A DNA stretch of 64,000 nucleotides from Lama guanicoe (lineage: Eukaryota): NCBI GenBank assembly GCA_013239625.1, contig MU054187.1, forward strand, positions 19,398,711 through 19,462,710. Direction: 5' to 3'. Under the pieces are notes generated by a model. That model was given only the letters and a program-made list of their open reading frames with translations, was not told where the DNA came from and did no database searches. Below are positions 13,265-26,522 of the stretch, in pieces (within the stretch, counting starts at the first letter, position 1; each line of letters begins with the position of its first letter). A program made the position numbers and the translations under genes.

Positions 13265-14205
13265 AGAGCGCCAGCAGTGAGCCAGATGCTGTATCCGACG
13301 CTGGAGTTACAATGGTGAATGACACCGACAGTCAGCCTGACCGAAGGCAGCTTACATTCTAGGAGGGGAGAGATGGACAATACGCATAGAAGTGCGGTGA
13401 CTTCACACGCAGATGGGTGCTGAGGACGGAGCGAAAAGGGGTACGTCGCCGAGGGTAGAGAGGGAGGTAGCCTTGCTGCAGAGGACGGAGAAGGCCTCTC
13501 TGAGAACGTGATCTTTAAATTGACCCCGAGATCATGAGGCACAGGAAGCCACGTGCAGACAGAAGGGAAGAGGATTTCATGGGGAAAGAGAGAACAAATC
13601 TAGGCCCTGAGAAGGGGAAGAGCTTGGTGACTGTCAAGAACCAGACAGGCTAGGCTAGTGTGCCCAGAATGAATGTACCCAGCGAGAGGTGAAGGGGTGG
13701 GAGGTGTCAGGTCACAGAGAAATGTAATCTGATTTATGTTTTGGAAGGTAAATTCGCACTTATTTGCAGTTATTGTGCAAAAGGCGCTTGTGAAGGAGGG
13801 TCAGGGAGGCCTTGTTAAGATGTAGGAGAGGTGTGTTGGCAGCTGGGACTAAGGCAGTGAGGACGGCAAGGAGTGCTTGGCACTGGGACAAACTTTGAGG
13901 GTGGAGCTGACAAGACTCAAAGAAGGATGTAAGGGGAAGATGAAGCACTGAGTGGACGGGCAGCTGGGGGTGACAAGCAGTTTGGTTTTAGCTGAGTAGA
14001 AAGTATAACCAGAACCTTAGAAGAGGACAGTGAGCTTCCTGAGGTCTGTTGGTTGGAAGCCTGAATCAATGGACTAGTTAAGAGGAATCCTCTGCAGGTG
14101 ACGTGTATAAATGATACTGGAATTTGATCACTGAGGGTGAGATGCACTGGGCAGAAAGTCGGAGAAACAAGGATGAGAAGACAGTGCTAGCAGCCTGCTA
14201 TTTAG
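13265..14205 (-). mobile_element. L2 fragment, tail-to-tail with the preceding L2
   Basis: Antisense L2 motifs: gcttacattctaggaggggagagatggacaa, gaaggcctctctgagaacgtgatcttt, gagcagtttggttttag-like segment. Confidence 0.8.
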
Positions 14206-14599
14206 AGTAATAAAAAAAAAAATCACTGGAAAGAATAAAACTGAGAAGTGTTACAGAAAATTGGCAGCCCACCAACTGTGCCAAGACACTGCCAAAACAC
14301 CGCTCCATTAGTCTAATGCAGGGAAAAAACCACTTAACCCTGGGGGGAGCACCACGTAGACAATATAGCCAACAGACTGACTGCGCTTCTCACATTTTAG
14401 TTATGCTTATTTTCCTAGTACAGACAGAAAACTTTCTTCAAGGATTGGATGTCATGCATGAAGAAAGGGGAAAAAAATCTGGATTTGATTTCGGACTTGG
14501 TTTCAGATCAGTGGGGACACAAACACAGTCCACAAATGCATGACCTGAGAAACCAGGGGGAGGGAAAAGGGAGACCGATGTTATTTGAACCAATGAAAA

Positions 14600-14750
14600 G
14601 CTTTCTTTTGATAATTTAATTTCATTTGAGGTTAAATTTAATTTTCATTTTATTTATTGAATTTAAATTTAATAAAATCTATATTTTATATAAATTTAGT
14701 AAAATGTATTTATTAAATTTGATTTTCATTTGAAAACTAATTTAAAACCT
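14600..14750. repeat. Extremely AT-rich low-complexity tract
   Basis: Almost only A/T, with a recurring ttcattt motif. Confidence 0.7.
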
Positions 14751-15393
14751 TTACCTTTGGCTTAGCAAATGTTTTCATGTTTACATTTAAATGTAAGAGG
14801 GTGTGGTTTTCAGGAAGTTCATTTAAATATAATGAATTAAAAGGGTGCAAATAGGACTTAAGAGAGGCTGGGGAGCTACTTCATTTCCCAGCATTGATTC
14901 TTACTGAGAAGAGATCACTTCTTTGATTCTTCTGGAAAGATGATCTTTCTTAAGCCTTCCCAGGAAGATTATGGGAAGAAGCTACGTTTTTGTGTTTAAT
15001 ATCATGAAAAATGAATTACGAGGTCAACAAAGCTATATTTAAGCTCATTTATTTATTCATTTGACACATATGAATTACACTGAAGTCCAGAAGTATGTGA
15101 TAAATATTCAAACATCTCTGAAGTCAGGAACTATATCCAACGCATCTTTCTAGCCCTTACAGCCCTGAGGACCAGTTTGTGAATTAAATGAATGAGGCTG
15201 GCAAAGGGAAAGGTGACTGACTGTGGCTGGAATAATTTAGAGAAGCCTCATGGACAAAAGAGAATTTTAACTTGTCCTTCATCAGAGGAATAGTCTCTCT
15301 GGAAATTAAAAGAGGTAAGGAGTTACAGGTAGTAATAATTTTGGAAGTAAGATTTTCCTCCTAATCCCAAAGTGGATGGATTGATTTAAGATT

Positions 15394-16130
15394 ATTCATT
15401 CATTCACTCGACAATTGACTTAGTACCTACTACGTTGTAGGCACTGCGCTGTATTTTAAACAGACTTTGTAAAGAAATAGTCACAATCTCTGCCCTAGTG
15501 AAACTTAGAGTCTAGGGAGGGGGAGACAGATAAGAAACAAACAGACAAATAAATAAGCAACTGAACTGAAAAACAACAACAAACAAAAGAAATCCAATTT
15601 TTTCTTGTGATGAGAATTTTTAAGATCTATCCTTTTAATGACATTCAAACATACAATACAGTATTATTAACTATAATCACCATGCTGCACGTTACATCCC
15701 CAGGATGTGCTTATTTTATAACTGGAAATTTGTACCTTTTGTTACAAAACATTCCTAGCTGTATGTAGTGATGGTTGTTAACTAGACTTATTATTGTGAT
15801 TATTTCATAATATAGACATATATCGAATCATTATGTTGTATACCTGAAATTAACCTGATGTTATATGAGTAAAGAAAAAAATCCAGATTATTCTGATAGA
15901 AAATAATGAGGGTTTGGTCAGTCAGGGTGATCAGGGATGTCCTTTCTGAGGAATGACACTGAATCTGGGGGAGGAGCAGCCAACCATCCTAAGAGCAGAG
16001 CCTTTTTTTGTGGGAAGGAAGGAACCGAGGGGGCTGAGTTCCAGGCAGAGGGAATAATGCAAAAGCCATGAGATAGGAAATATCTTGGCTCTTTGGGGAG
16101 TTGAAAAGAGGATTTGTAGCTCAATTTTGA
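15394..16130 (-). mobile_element. L2 fragment interrupted by an inverted L1
   Basis: Starts attcattcattcactcgacaa; resumes ~15915 with tggtcagtcagggtgatcagggatgtcctttctgagga. Confidence 0.75.
15597..15881 (+). mobile_element. Short L1 (MA/MB-type 3' UTR) with 5' inversion
   Basis: 15598-15740 is antisense 3' UTR; ~15760-15881 is the adjacent sense 3' UTR with an A tail; flanks share aaatcca. Confidence 0.8.
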
Positions 16131-16224
16131 GGCTTGGGTTTGAATAAAAATGGGATATCCAAGTGGAGATCTCCTAGAATAAAGGAAATTAACAGCCTAA
16201 GACGGGGGAAATGTCACTGGTAAT

Positions 16225-16495
16225 ATTTATTCATTTCGTAAATATGCACTGAGTCATTCTGGGCACTGCGGAGAGAGCTGTAAGAAGCTTGTGCTCTGGA
16301 AGGGGAAGACAAATCAGAAAACATGTAACTCAATACACAGTTTAATCTCAGATCATGAGAAGGTGCTGTGAAGATGACACAGTATCATGCAGGTGCTAAA
16401 GATTGCTTTAAATAGAGAAATCAGAGAAGGCTCTTGGCTGCATGACCTGGAAGGAGAGCATTTCCACAGAGCATGTGCAAAGGTCCTAAGGTCTG
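16225..16495 (-). mobile_element. L2 fragment
   Basis: atttattcatttcgtaaatatgcactgag...gcatgtgcaaaggtcctaagg. Confidence 0.7.
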
Positions 16496-17439
16496 TAGTT
16501 CTATGAAGATCTTTCCAGTGTCACAAAGGATGGGAATATTCTCATGATCCCCTTATCCCATAGCATGCAAGGACCCCTCACTCCATCATATCCGTAGCCA
16601 GCCCATCATCTCTGGGGAGCCAAGGTCATTTTTGTATGCCTCACCTCCTCTCTCTCCTTGACTTTTGTCTCCCTGTCACTCTCTACAACGTATCTTCCCA
16701 CTCCAGCTGTACTGCCAACAACACCTCGTCCATCTTGAGGCGGACACCGTGAGGTTCTATGAGCTGTAAATTGGAAGGAGGCCCAATAGCCAAGAACAGG
16801 AACCCCGTGTGGCCAAGGAGGTTGCTTCAGGAAATGGGTGTGTATAAATGTAGGCTTGGTCACAGTTCACTGTCAAGCCTGAGATTCAGTTCAACAGCAT
16901 ATCACTGAGTTCCTGTTGTGGGACTCTGGGCCAAGTGCTTGCATCTTCCTAACAGATGTGTGAACTTCTCCCTGAGAATGTGAGCTCTAAATATGGAAGC
17001 CAATGCTCAGTTACCTAAGTTCAGGATAAGAATAAAGTGAAGAATTAAGTTCTCAAAGATAAACTGCAACTTTATCAAGTTGCAAAATAAAGATGAACTG
17101 AGTTATCAAGTTATAATTTAATGAGAAACTATTCAAAATATACAACTATATTTTCTTTTTAGAATTAAAGGATCAGACTCAACAAACGCTCATTGAACCC
17201 TTACTATATACCAACTACTCTACTTGGGAAACGAATTTGATTCTTACAGTGGTCCTTTCATTTCCCCCATTTCCCTGGCAAGGGGTAGGGAAAAGCCCAA
17301 CACTCTGGTCTTGTTCTAGAAAGAGGCAGAGTGGGGATGTGAATGCAGGTCATCTGACGACAGGTCCTGGGGTCATCTCATGAGACATGAGCTCCTGCTT
17401 AGCATGATGACAGTATGTGGGGAGGTAGCTTGCGGAAGA

Positions 17440-17686
17440 GTACAGAGCAGTAATGGTCATGCCTGGTTCAGACTATGAGTTAGAATCTCATCATTACTTC
17501 TTTCTAGTCCTGTGAGCTTGGGCCAGTAAACTTTCCTTCCTAAGCCTCAGTCTCCTGATCTCTAAAATGGGAACACAACTAAAATCTACCTTTCAGGGTT
17601 GCTTAAGGGTTAAATTAGCTTCTTATGTCAAGTATCCAATGTTATGCCTGGCACACTTGGTACTCAATAAATGGGAGCTAACTACC
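17440..17686 (+). mobile_element. MIR SINE
   Basis: MIR core ctgtgagcttgggccagt...taagcctcagtctcctgatctctaaaatggg and tail tgcctggcacacttggtactcaataaatg. Confidence 0.9.
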
Positions 17687-20668
17687 ACCTCAGAGGAGAG
17701 AATTTTATGCTTAAGGTGCTCATTTTAAGCTCTATCACATCTGGCAGTGGGCAGGAATCTATGACACTGTCCACAAGACAGGTGCTCCTTGCTCTCCAGC
17801 CCTCTCCAGGGACACTGAGCCCCCCAGTCACCCTCATTAAAGCATACACTTCCGGTGTCTGCAACCAGGGGCAGAAATGGCAGGGGTGCTTGAGTGGCAG
17901 TCAGCAGTGACACTCAATGTCTCAGGCATGTCCACAACTGGAAGTCACTTGTCAGAGAACCCTGAGGTTTCCAACTGTAAACCCTCACATTTGAATCAAA
18001 GTGATGCTTTTTTATTTTTAAACATAATTGCTGCCCCGTGGTACCTTCTAGAACTGAGTAGGATGACTTACATAAATATCTCACACACCGTGTCAGAACA
18101 TTTAAATGTGCATATTTGAATCAGGCTCTTATCGAGAAGAAATTTATTTCTAACTCCATTTAAGAACTTTTTTTTTTTACATACTCACCCTATCAAATGC
18201 CCTTCCAAAAAAAAAAGTTAAAAATAAGTCAGTCATGTGACGTTTGAAGTCAGAAAATACATGAGAAAAGAAAAAAAAAGGGAAGTGAATTGTTTTAAGT
18301 ACATCAGAAAGATCTTACGTATTCAAATACTCGTTTCTTTTTCTCCAAATCAATATGCAGTGTTCAGCACAGAGAACTATCAGAGAACGACTGAATATGA
18401 AATAAAGCACAGAAGATAACAGCGTGATTACAACACTCAATTGTGCAGCTGTGATATCATCCCCTCCCCCTCGGCCCTGTCCCCTCCATCAGATTGGTTG
18501 CTACGTTAATAATTTAGGCTTAAGAGACCAGAATTAATGCATTCAGTTTTGTGTCTGATGCGTTGGTTTTCTGTCAAAAATTCCTGACAGAATTAACAGC
18601 CAATGAATCAGGATAATTAGAGATGGAGTGAGGTAGCGTTGGAATCTCTGGGCACACCGTCATCTGCTGGAAACAGGGCTTGGGCACAAGACCACCTCCC
18701 TCCCCATTCTTCTACAAAGGCAACAATTGTCAGCTATAAATAGGCCACCAATTGAATTTTTTCCTTTGAATAATGAATATGGAGGGTGATCTTCCTCTGG
18801 TTTGATGAAAAACAACTACTCCTAAAATCAGATGAAATCTGGGGAGGCAAATGGAGGGGGTGTTAGAAAGCCACCAGAGATTGACTAAGTTTAAATTAAG
18901 AAGAATATATAGCCTGATCATTTTACCGCTTCTTTCCTTTTTTTTAAGATGATGAAGTAGTTTTCATTTAATAGAGAGAAACTGTGAAATAGACAAAGAT
19001 CCTCCAGAGAATGTTCCAGTTCATTCAGCCTTACAGAAAATAGGGAAGTGTTTGGGGGAAGAGGACAGAAACACAGGAAGCTGACTGCTGGAGATGAGAA
19101 CGTGGACCTGCAGCATTTTCATGCAGAGTCTCAGTTTCTGCCTCTCCCCAGACACCGTCTCCTGCTTTTCCTCTGAAGCCTTCACTCTTGAACAGGAATG
19201 TGGAGGAAGCAAGAAGGGGAAAGCCAGATACAAGGGTCTGGCTGCCCACGAAGGAGAGAATCTCCCTTATGGTCAGAAATCATTCATTGTGATGACCTTT
19301 CTTTTTTCATCATTTCCTCCAGAATAGCTGAGAATTCAGAGTTCAGCTGCTATCAGTGGCTAAAATCTTTCTATTCCAAAGCTACTTCTGGTTTCTAATC
19401 CCATGTTGGTTACCCTCATGTAGGTTTCTTTACTTGCTTCTGAGAAATTTCCTTAAATCGAGAAAAGACGTTCAGAGGGAGATAATGCTATCATGGATCC
19501 TCCTGGGATCTAAGCTGGGACCACTGTGTCTGTGAGGGATTTTTGAAGCTCGGTTGGTGAAGGTCACATTCTAGGCTCTCTGACTTGTACTTGTACTTGT
19601 ACTTTTGTACTCAGCTTTGCCATGGGCGGCTTTCTGAGGTTGGCTGAGGATGCCAGTGGTTAGATGTCAGCAGTAAGTTGTCTTCAAAAAGGGGGTGAGG
19701 TGGGGAAGCAGGAAGGTGAGAAGCAGATGAAATCAAAAAAGGAACATATCTCCCTTGATTATCTCTTTTTCAGTGGGTGGGGGTTGGTGAGCAACGAGTG
19801 TGGGAGGTTAGGAACAAAGTTGATGTAATAAATTACAAAACTGGCTGTAGCAAAAGTGGTGTGAAATACACCATCCACCCTCAGAGAAATGGTTTCCCTT
19901 TGCCCTGGGAAATTGCTTACCATAAAGATGTTGGGTAATACCTCTGTTTTATGACAATGCATGACAGATTTCCAAATGCAGTTCCTCGCTATTACAAAGC
20001 ACCAAGACTTCTCTACTCTGATTTACAGCTCCAGGAGCATCGACAGACGTAAATAACTAAATAATTAAATACGCACATAAATCTTTTCTCCAGCCCCCCA
20101 TCTAAAATGTTCATTTTTTCTGAAGAGTGGAGAAGATGAATTTTTAATGCTACTAAATGAGTTAGAATAAAACCTAAGTATAGGCACCTCTGAACATTTG
20201 ACAGAAAGTATATTCTTCCTCTCCTTACGACAGTGGTATCTAAGGCCCCTTCCTCATTCAGCTGTTACTCAAGCTTCAATAATCCATTAAATAAGAAGGG
20301 CTAATCCTTGAAAAGCATTAATTGAAGTGTCCTCTATTGTGACCAACTAAACTTAATCAGAAGCAGGGTCAAAAATCGAATACACTTTCAGCTCTTGATT
20401 ATCCATGGAAAGAAAAACAGTATCTAATGTGGATTACATGGTAATGACTACGTGATTCTAGGCAGTGTTTTTATTTGATTTTTAAAAATACATTATCTAA
20501 GTTTTTACCCCAAGAATAGAGAGCATATTGTTGCATCATGTTTGAGGTTAAATCAATTGTGACTGAAAGATCTCATTCCAGTCTTTTGCACTTAGTAAGA
20601 TAATTGAATTGTAGGACCTTAGCCTCCTGCAGGCTCTTGGTTAGGCTTTGGAAAAAAGTCATGGATGG

Positions 20669-20696
<28 letters not shown>
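20669..20696. repeat. (GT)14 microsatellite
   Basis: Directly visible. Confidence 0.95.
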
Positions 20697-20699
<3 letters not shown>

Positions 20700-20796
20700 A
20701 GATAATTCAGCATCATTTTGAAATGTAACTTCCCCATGCTGTTTCCTAGGGTGGTAACATATAACATTTACATATTTAGACATTTTTTAGGAAACT

Positions 20797-21270
20797 TATT
20801 TTATTAAGTATGGTTGCTTTATATTATACATATTTTTACTGAAGTATAGTTGATTTACAATGTTACTAGTTTCAGGTGTACAACAAAATGATTCAGATAT
20901 ATATATATATATATTTTTTTTTCAGATTCCTTTCCATTATAAATATTGAACAAGATATTGAATATAGTTCCTTGCGGTATACAGTAGGTCCTTATTGTTT
21001 AACTATTTTATGTATAGTAGTATGTATCTGTTAATCCCAAACTCCTAATTTCTCTCTACCCGCTGCTTCACCCTTTAGTAATCTTAAATTTGTTATCTAT
21101 GTCTGTGGGTCTGTTCCTGTTTTGTAAATAAGTTCATTTGTGTCATTTTTTTAAAAAGATTCTACATATAAGTGATGTTATGTCATATTTGTCTTTCTCT
21201 GACTTACTCCACGTAGTGTGATAATCTCTAGGTCAATCCATGTTGCTGCAAGCGGCATTATTTCATTTTT
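20797..21270 (-). mobile_element. L1 3' end
   Basis: tgaagtatagttgatttacaatg...ctctaggtcaatccatgttgctgcaagcggcatta. Confidence 0.92.
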
Positions 21271-22925
21271 CAAACAAGTTTCAAAAATAACAACAAAAAG
21301 ATACTAGACTTCCAATTATGCTCCTCCTTAGTCCCTAACCAGAAGAACATTTTGGGGACTGCAGCAGCACTGTCAATACCACAGTGAGTCTTCCGATCTT
21401 CCTGTTTATTTAAAAAATCTAAGAGAAAGTGAAACTGGCAAGAATGAAAATAGATATTCCCTAGTTACCTTACCGGAGTGATATTAGACCCAGATTTCCA
21501 AATAAAGAAATTTAAGTGTATGATAATAGACCCCTCATTTTATAAAATACTTAATTTTGCAAAATTTAATCAAGAGAATTTGATTAACCCGCACAATTTC
21601 ACTCAAGTTGAATTTGACTAGCTCTTAGAAAAACTGATCTCTACTGAAACAAAATTGCTGCAAACTGCATCATAATGTGTTCAAAGTATCGGAATCTCCA
21701 ATGGGACTCAGGGTGGCAACGAGGCGTCTAGAAGCAATTTGAAAAATGATATAAGCCCCAGGGCACCGTGAAGGAAAAGAAAACAAATAACAAAGCAATG
21801 GTTGACTAGGATGTGTCATTTTTAAGTTTATCAAAGATAATTATAAAAAAAAATCCTAAACATTTCCTTTTTTTTGGATGAAATACTTTTGTTAAAACAT
21901 CTTTGAAATATCTGTTTTTATAAATGTTTTAACGTAGATCAATTGGGGAGATGATCAATTGATTTTTAAAAGTGAGAGACACAATTAAAAAGTTTGTGGA
22001 CAATTTTTTCAAAAGAAGTTCACATTAAAATTTTTTAATCTGATGAGACACTTAAAAGAAACCTTTCCTTCTCAGAGCAACAAATTTGAAGAGAAAAAAA
22101 AAAAAAAGAATGTCCTAAAGAACAAAACAGAAACTTAAAGCCAAGAAAATCATTGACAATTTGGCTTACAATGTCATTCACAAAGGTCATATGACTTCTG
22201 AAGGCTATTTTTAAAATGCATGAGCATTTAGGCATTTGGTTTTAAATTTAATTTACTTTTGTTTTAAAATTTATGTCCACTTAAAAGTTGTTTTTAAACT
22301 ATTAGGTCTGGAAAATTAAAAATAGAGCCTTCAGGAAAAAAAAATATATTTTGCAGGTCATTTAGCTTAATAAAACAAAGTCATTTCATTTTCTGCCCCA
22401 AATAAATCTGACTCAAAATAAGTCTGTGAATTCTTTTTAAGGCCCAAGGAGAGAATTTCAAGTAAGCAACGGGATCCTAGCTATAATTTTAACGACCTGG
22501 GTTCAAGAGTCCATAGCGATCTCGATATACTTTTCTCTCTTTTTCTCCTTCCCCTTCTATGGTTTCCATGGTGAATTTCTTTAATGCAGGTAGACTAAGT
22601 CCATATTCCTTTGACTCAAGCAATTCTAGAGGTGATGCATCTCAGTGGTCGCTGTGAAATCCAATCACAACAGGGAGAGATCGTTTCAGAAAAAAAAAAG
22701 TCTACTGGCAGAATAGATAAGCTTTCAATAATTAAAAAGGAAAATTAGGTTAAAAGATTTAATGAGGTTTCGTCTGGGTAATTAGTCACGTTGTTTTATT
22801 AAAAGAAAAAAAACACTCCAAGGAGCCTTCTGTGCTATAGTAACTCAGATTTGCATGGTGTCCTGTGGTGTACAAAGCTTTCTCATAGATAATTTCATTA
22901 AAAAAAAAAATCCCACCCCACCCCC

Positions 22926-22972
22926 TTTTTTAATGGAGGTACTGGGGATTGAACCCAGGACCTCAAGCATGG
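22926..22972 (-). mobile_element. 5'-truncated tRNA-derived SINE
   Basis: ttttttaatggaggtactggggattgaacccaggacctcaagcatg. Confidence 0.85.
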
Positions 22973-24102
22973 CATTTTAATTTGTATGGTGCCTGCTTAT
23001 TTTTCTGTCAGACTTTAGAACTCTGCTGTGATCAGTCACAACCTGAAGTTTGTGGCTGGCCATAAACACAGCCAGGTTAATAGAGGGTGAGTTGTTTTGG
23101 ATGAAACACAACAGGCACGGATAATGGAAGCCCCAGAAAGCCCTTGAACATGGACTCAATCCCATCTCCAGCGAGAGCTCAGCGCCCAGACTTCCTGGAT
23201 AGCATCACCATGAGACTCTACTGTCCTTAATTTAATTTTTTATCATTCCAAATCACTTCCTGGGAGGCAGCATTCTTATTTAAGTTTAGTTTCCAGAGCC
23301 ATTTTATCTTCACCAAGGTTTCTTTGAAGCTTTCCAGATTGAACTCTTACAGAAAAGCCCCTTTGCCGTCAACAACCACAGAAATGAAATAGACACGATA
23401 CAAAGATCTGCTTTAGAAATATTGATAAAATGCAGGGGGAAAATCAAATGCTTCATAGTGTGAAAATAGCTATCATTCTTATTTGTAAAATTCAAATAAG
23501 CATTTCCTAACCGTATGTGGAGATCCAGTTTCGCTTGATAATATCCAGACTGCCACCTGGATGCTCTCTGTGCTGCGACACAGTTGAGCTGGTTTCGAAA
23601 GTTCCTCCTTTGTCTCTGGGTTCCTTCTCTTTTATTCCCCGAGGACTCTCTGCCTCAAATTATTTTATCTCAAGCTATGTCTGAACAAGAATAGACAAAT
23701 GAAGAATTGAGGCAATTATGCTATTAATTTGAGCAGAAAAAAGAAAAAGAAAACACACTTTGCCTGAGTTATTTGGCAATTCTTGGCAGACATCTTTTTC
23801 TGTTGCAGTGATCTGGAAGGTTGCCTAACCTTTTTTCTTTGGGCGGTGGTGGCGGGGAGTAGATCTGGTCCTTGCTTGTCACATGGCTCTGAGCATTCAG
23901 TGTCTACACATGGTTGCCTCATTTCCTGCTGCCTCAGACTGTATCTATTCTAGGAAGACTAAACCGTGATAGGAAGGTTCAGTGGTTCTGAGGCATGGTT
24001 CATAACGAAGATATCCTTGTGAACATGTTGATATTTTAAGTTCTTAACTGATGTTAGGGCTTGTTATACCAGTCATGGTGAGCTGGACCAACTGATGTTT
24101 GT

Positions 24103-24262
24103 ATTCATTCATTCACTCATTCATTATTTATTGAGTGTCGTGCCAGGTCCCAAGGATATGAAAATGACAAACTCTTGGCACCAGCACTTGAAGAGTTCGA
24201 AGAAGACACGTTAAAAAGTAGTTACAATACAATGCAAGAAGTCTGAACTGTGAGCAAAGGCA
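24103..24262 (-). mobile_element. L2 3' fragment
   Basis: attcattcattcactcattcattattttattgagtg... Confidence 0.7.
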
Positions 24263-25399
24263 CACACCCTCTAAAAGTTTCAGAGGAAGAAGCAGAAGCC
24301 ACAAAAGCAATTTCCTCATGAATAAACCTTCTATTCTTATCTCATTTTATTTTTCTCCTACGATCACTTAAGAATGAGATAAGCCAGGCTCATTGGGCAT
24401 TCATTTGCTACTTCTCAAAGACCTTTGGGTGTCTGAGAGTTTTAGGGGAGGCCATTTCAACCCAGGAGGGTTTGGTGGAGGTTGGTTGAGGATCTCTGCC
24501 AAGGGCTTTCCCTGCAGATGGTAACAGCTGTTTGTGATTGAGTCTAAGAACGTGCAGGAGGAGCCCCTGCAAAATGTCCTTTTCATTACACTGATGGCTT
24601 TTTCATTGTATCAGTGCATAATTGTTTTGGCTAATGCATTTGCTCAGATCATACAAAAATCTAATTATTCTATGTAATGAATCATTAACAGTTTTCACAA
24701 ATTCATTTCAGTGTTTGCATGCTGGTATTCAGTTTATGCTAATAAACCTAAAAATATTCATGCCTTTACATCTTAGACTGCCGACTACGCTCGAAAAATT
24801 TGTTTTAGTAAATGTACGTTTTAAATTGGCATTTTGTAAAATACTGAAGTGTAATGTTGCAAGCTCACTCTTGAATAGAATATTCTAATTTTCTATTCGC
24901 TTCTTAAGCAGAGGTCTTTTCTTTCCTTCACACCCTGCATTCCCTTAGCGGCAACAAACGACATGTGGTCGTGTTTAACTGAAGAACATTCATTGGTGTT
25001 TGGTAATGAAAGAAGATCAAAAGTGTTTGATGTTGACCTTTGTCACTTTGTTTTACTCACATTGAGATTCGGTTTGCAGGTGAGATAACTGTGGCTTAGA
25101 AATAGTCTAACTTATTCAAGGACGTTCAGCTTGTTCATGGCATGACAGGGCGGGGACAGCCTGGTCCATGCATGTCACGTGTATCTTGTGTGCCTCACTG
25201 AGCTGAAACTCAGCTTTCCAGATTGCCCGTGATGAAAGAGAAAAACATTCCTCAGGCTGGCCTCCAGGCTAATAGACACAGGAAGACAAGGTAAGTTCAG
25301 GTATATGTCATTATGTGATGTGGCTATATATTTAAAAATCATTGCATTAGTCCAGAATAAGGGTCTGTTACCTTGTGGCTTAGGAATTCAGGAGGAGTG

Positions 25400-25791
25400 C
25401 AAACAAGATGGCAGCTGAGGTTGGAGTTATCTGAAAGCTTGACTGGGGCTGGTCATTTTGCTTCCAAGAGAGGTCACTCATTTGAGTAGAAAGTTGGTCC
25501 TGGCTGTTGGCAGGAGGCTTCAGGTCTTTCCCGTGTGGGTCTTTCCATAAGCTGCTTAAGTGTCCCCGCATCATGGCAGTGGGCCTCCTTCCAAGTAGGC
25601 GATCCAAGCGAAAACACAGGAAAAAACCCACAATCTTTTATGACCTAGCCTCAGAAGCCCCATGCCCTCACTTTTTGCAATACCCTACTGGTTAGACATG
25701 TCAGCCTGATTCAGTATAGAAGGGGACTAGACAGAAGTGTGAAGGCCAGGAGGTGAGGGTCCTTGGGGACACCTTAAAGGTCAGCTACTAC
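25400..25791 (-). mobile_element. Old MLT1-family LTR
   Basis: ttttatgacctagcctcagaag, ccaggaggtgagggtccttggggacaccttaaaggtcagctactaca terminus. Confidence 0.85.
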
Positions 25792-26337
25792 AACTTGCTG
25801 CTCCCTGTTACCAACCCAACCGGGAACTTAGAAATATTTAGGCTTTCCTATCAAATGACTGACTTCTGGGAAGTTAAGTTGATGGCAATTTTTCTGAAAT
25901 AATGAGAATAACACATCTTTTATAATGAATTATTTTCTTCTTTCTGGTCCATTAGATTTCATTGTCAGTACATGCTCTGAACTTGTAACTTGGATTGCAG
26001 TATTATGAAATAATGGGTGAAATCCACAGTGTCAGTAACCACAGGCCAGAATTATCCTTCTTAATGAGACATTTAATGTAAAGCAGATGGATTAGTGATG
26101 TTTTCAGGCCCATTTGCTGAGAATCAATGCTTGCTTTCCTTGTCTCCCTAACAATGTTCATGTAATCTCCTTTAAAGCTACATTGATTTAAAAAATTTTT
26201 ATTATCATTTTGCGTTTGTTCTTTTATCATTTAAAAGGCTCTTCCAGAATGATAAATGGGCAAGTTCTCTCTTAATTCATTAATCGATTAATTAAATTAA
26301 TTCTCCAGGGAGACGAAGATGACATTTTCAAAATAAG

Positions 26338-26522
26338 CTACAGTTCTCAAATTAGAATGTGTAAAAGACTCACACAAGACGTTTGTTTACAAATGCAATT
26401 TTCAGAGTTCTAGCTACAGAAACTAATTGATTAGATCTGGAGTAGGATTTGGAATTTTTTTAAATGAACAGTCAAGATGATTCCAAAATAGGCGATCCAA
26501 GGATCAATGTGGAGCTGCATTC
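26338..26522. mobile_element. MER5-like hAT-Charlie DNA transposon relic
   Basis: cagttctcaaattagaatgtg...tagatctggagtagg...ggaattttt...gatgattc layout. Confidence 0.55.

Noticed and set aside
17860..17880. CTCF-like caaccaggggcag
   Set aside because: One G short of the core spacing; a poor match.
19583..19611. (acttgt)n short repeat
   Set aside because: Three to four units of ordinary slippage.
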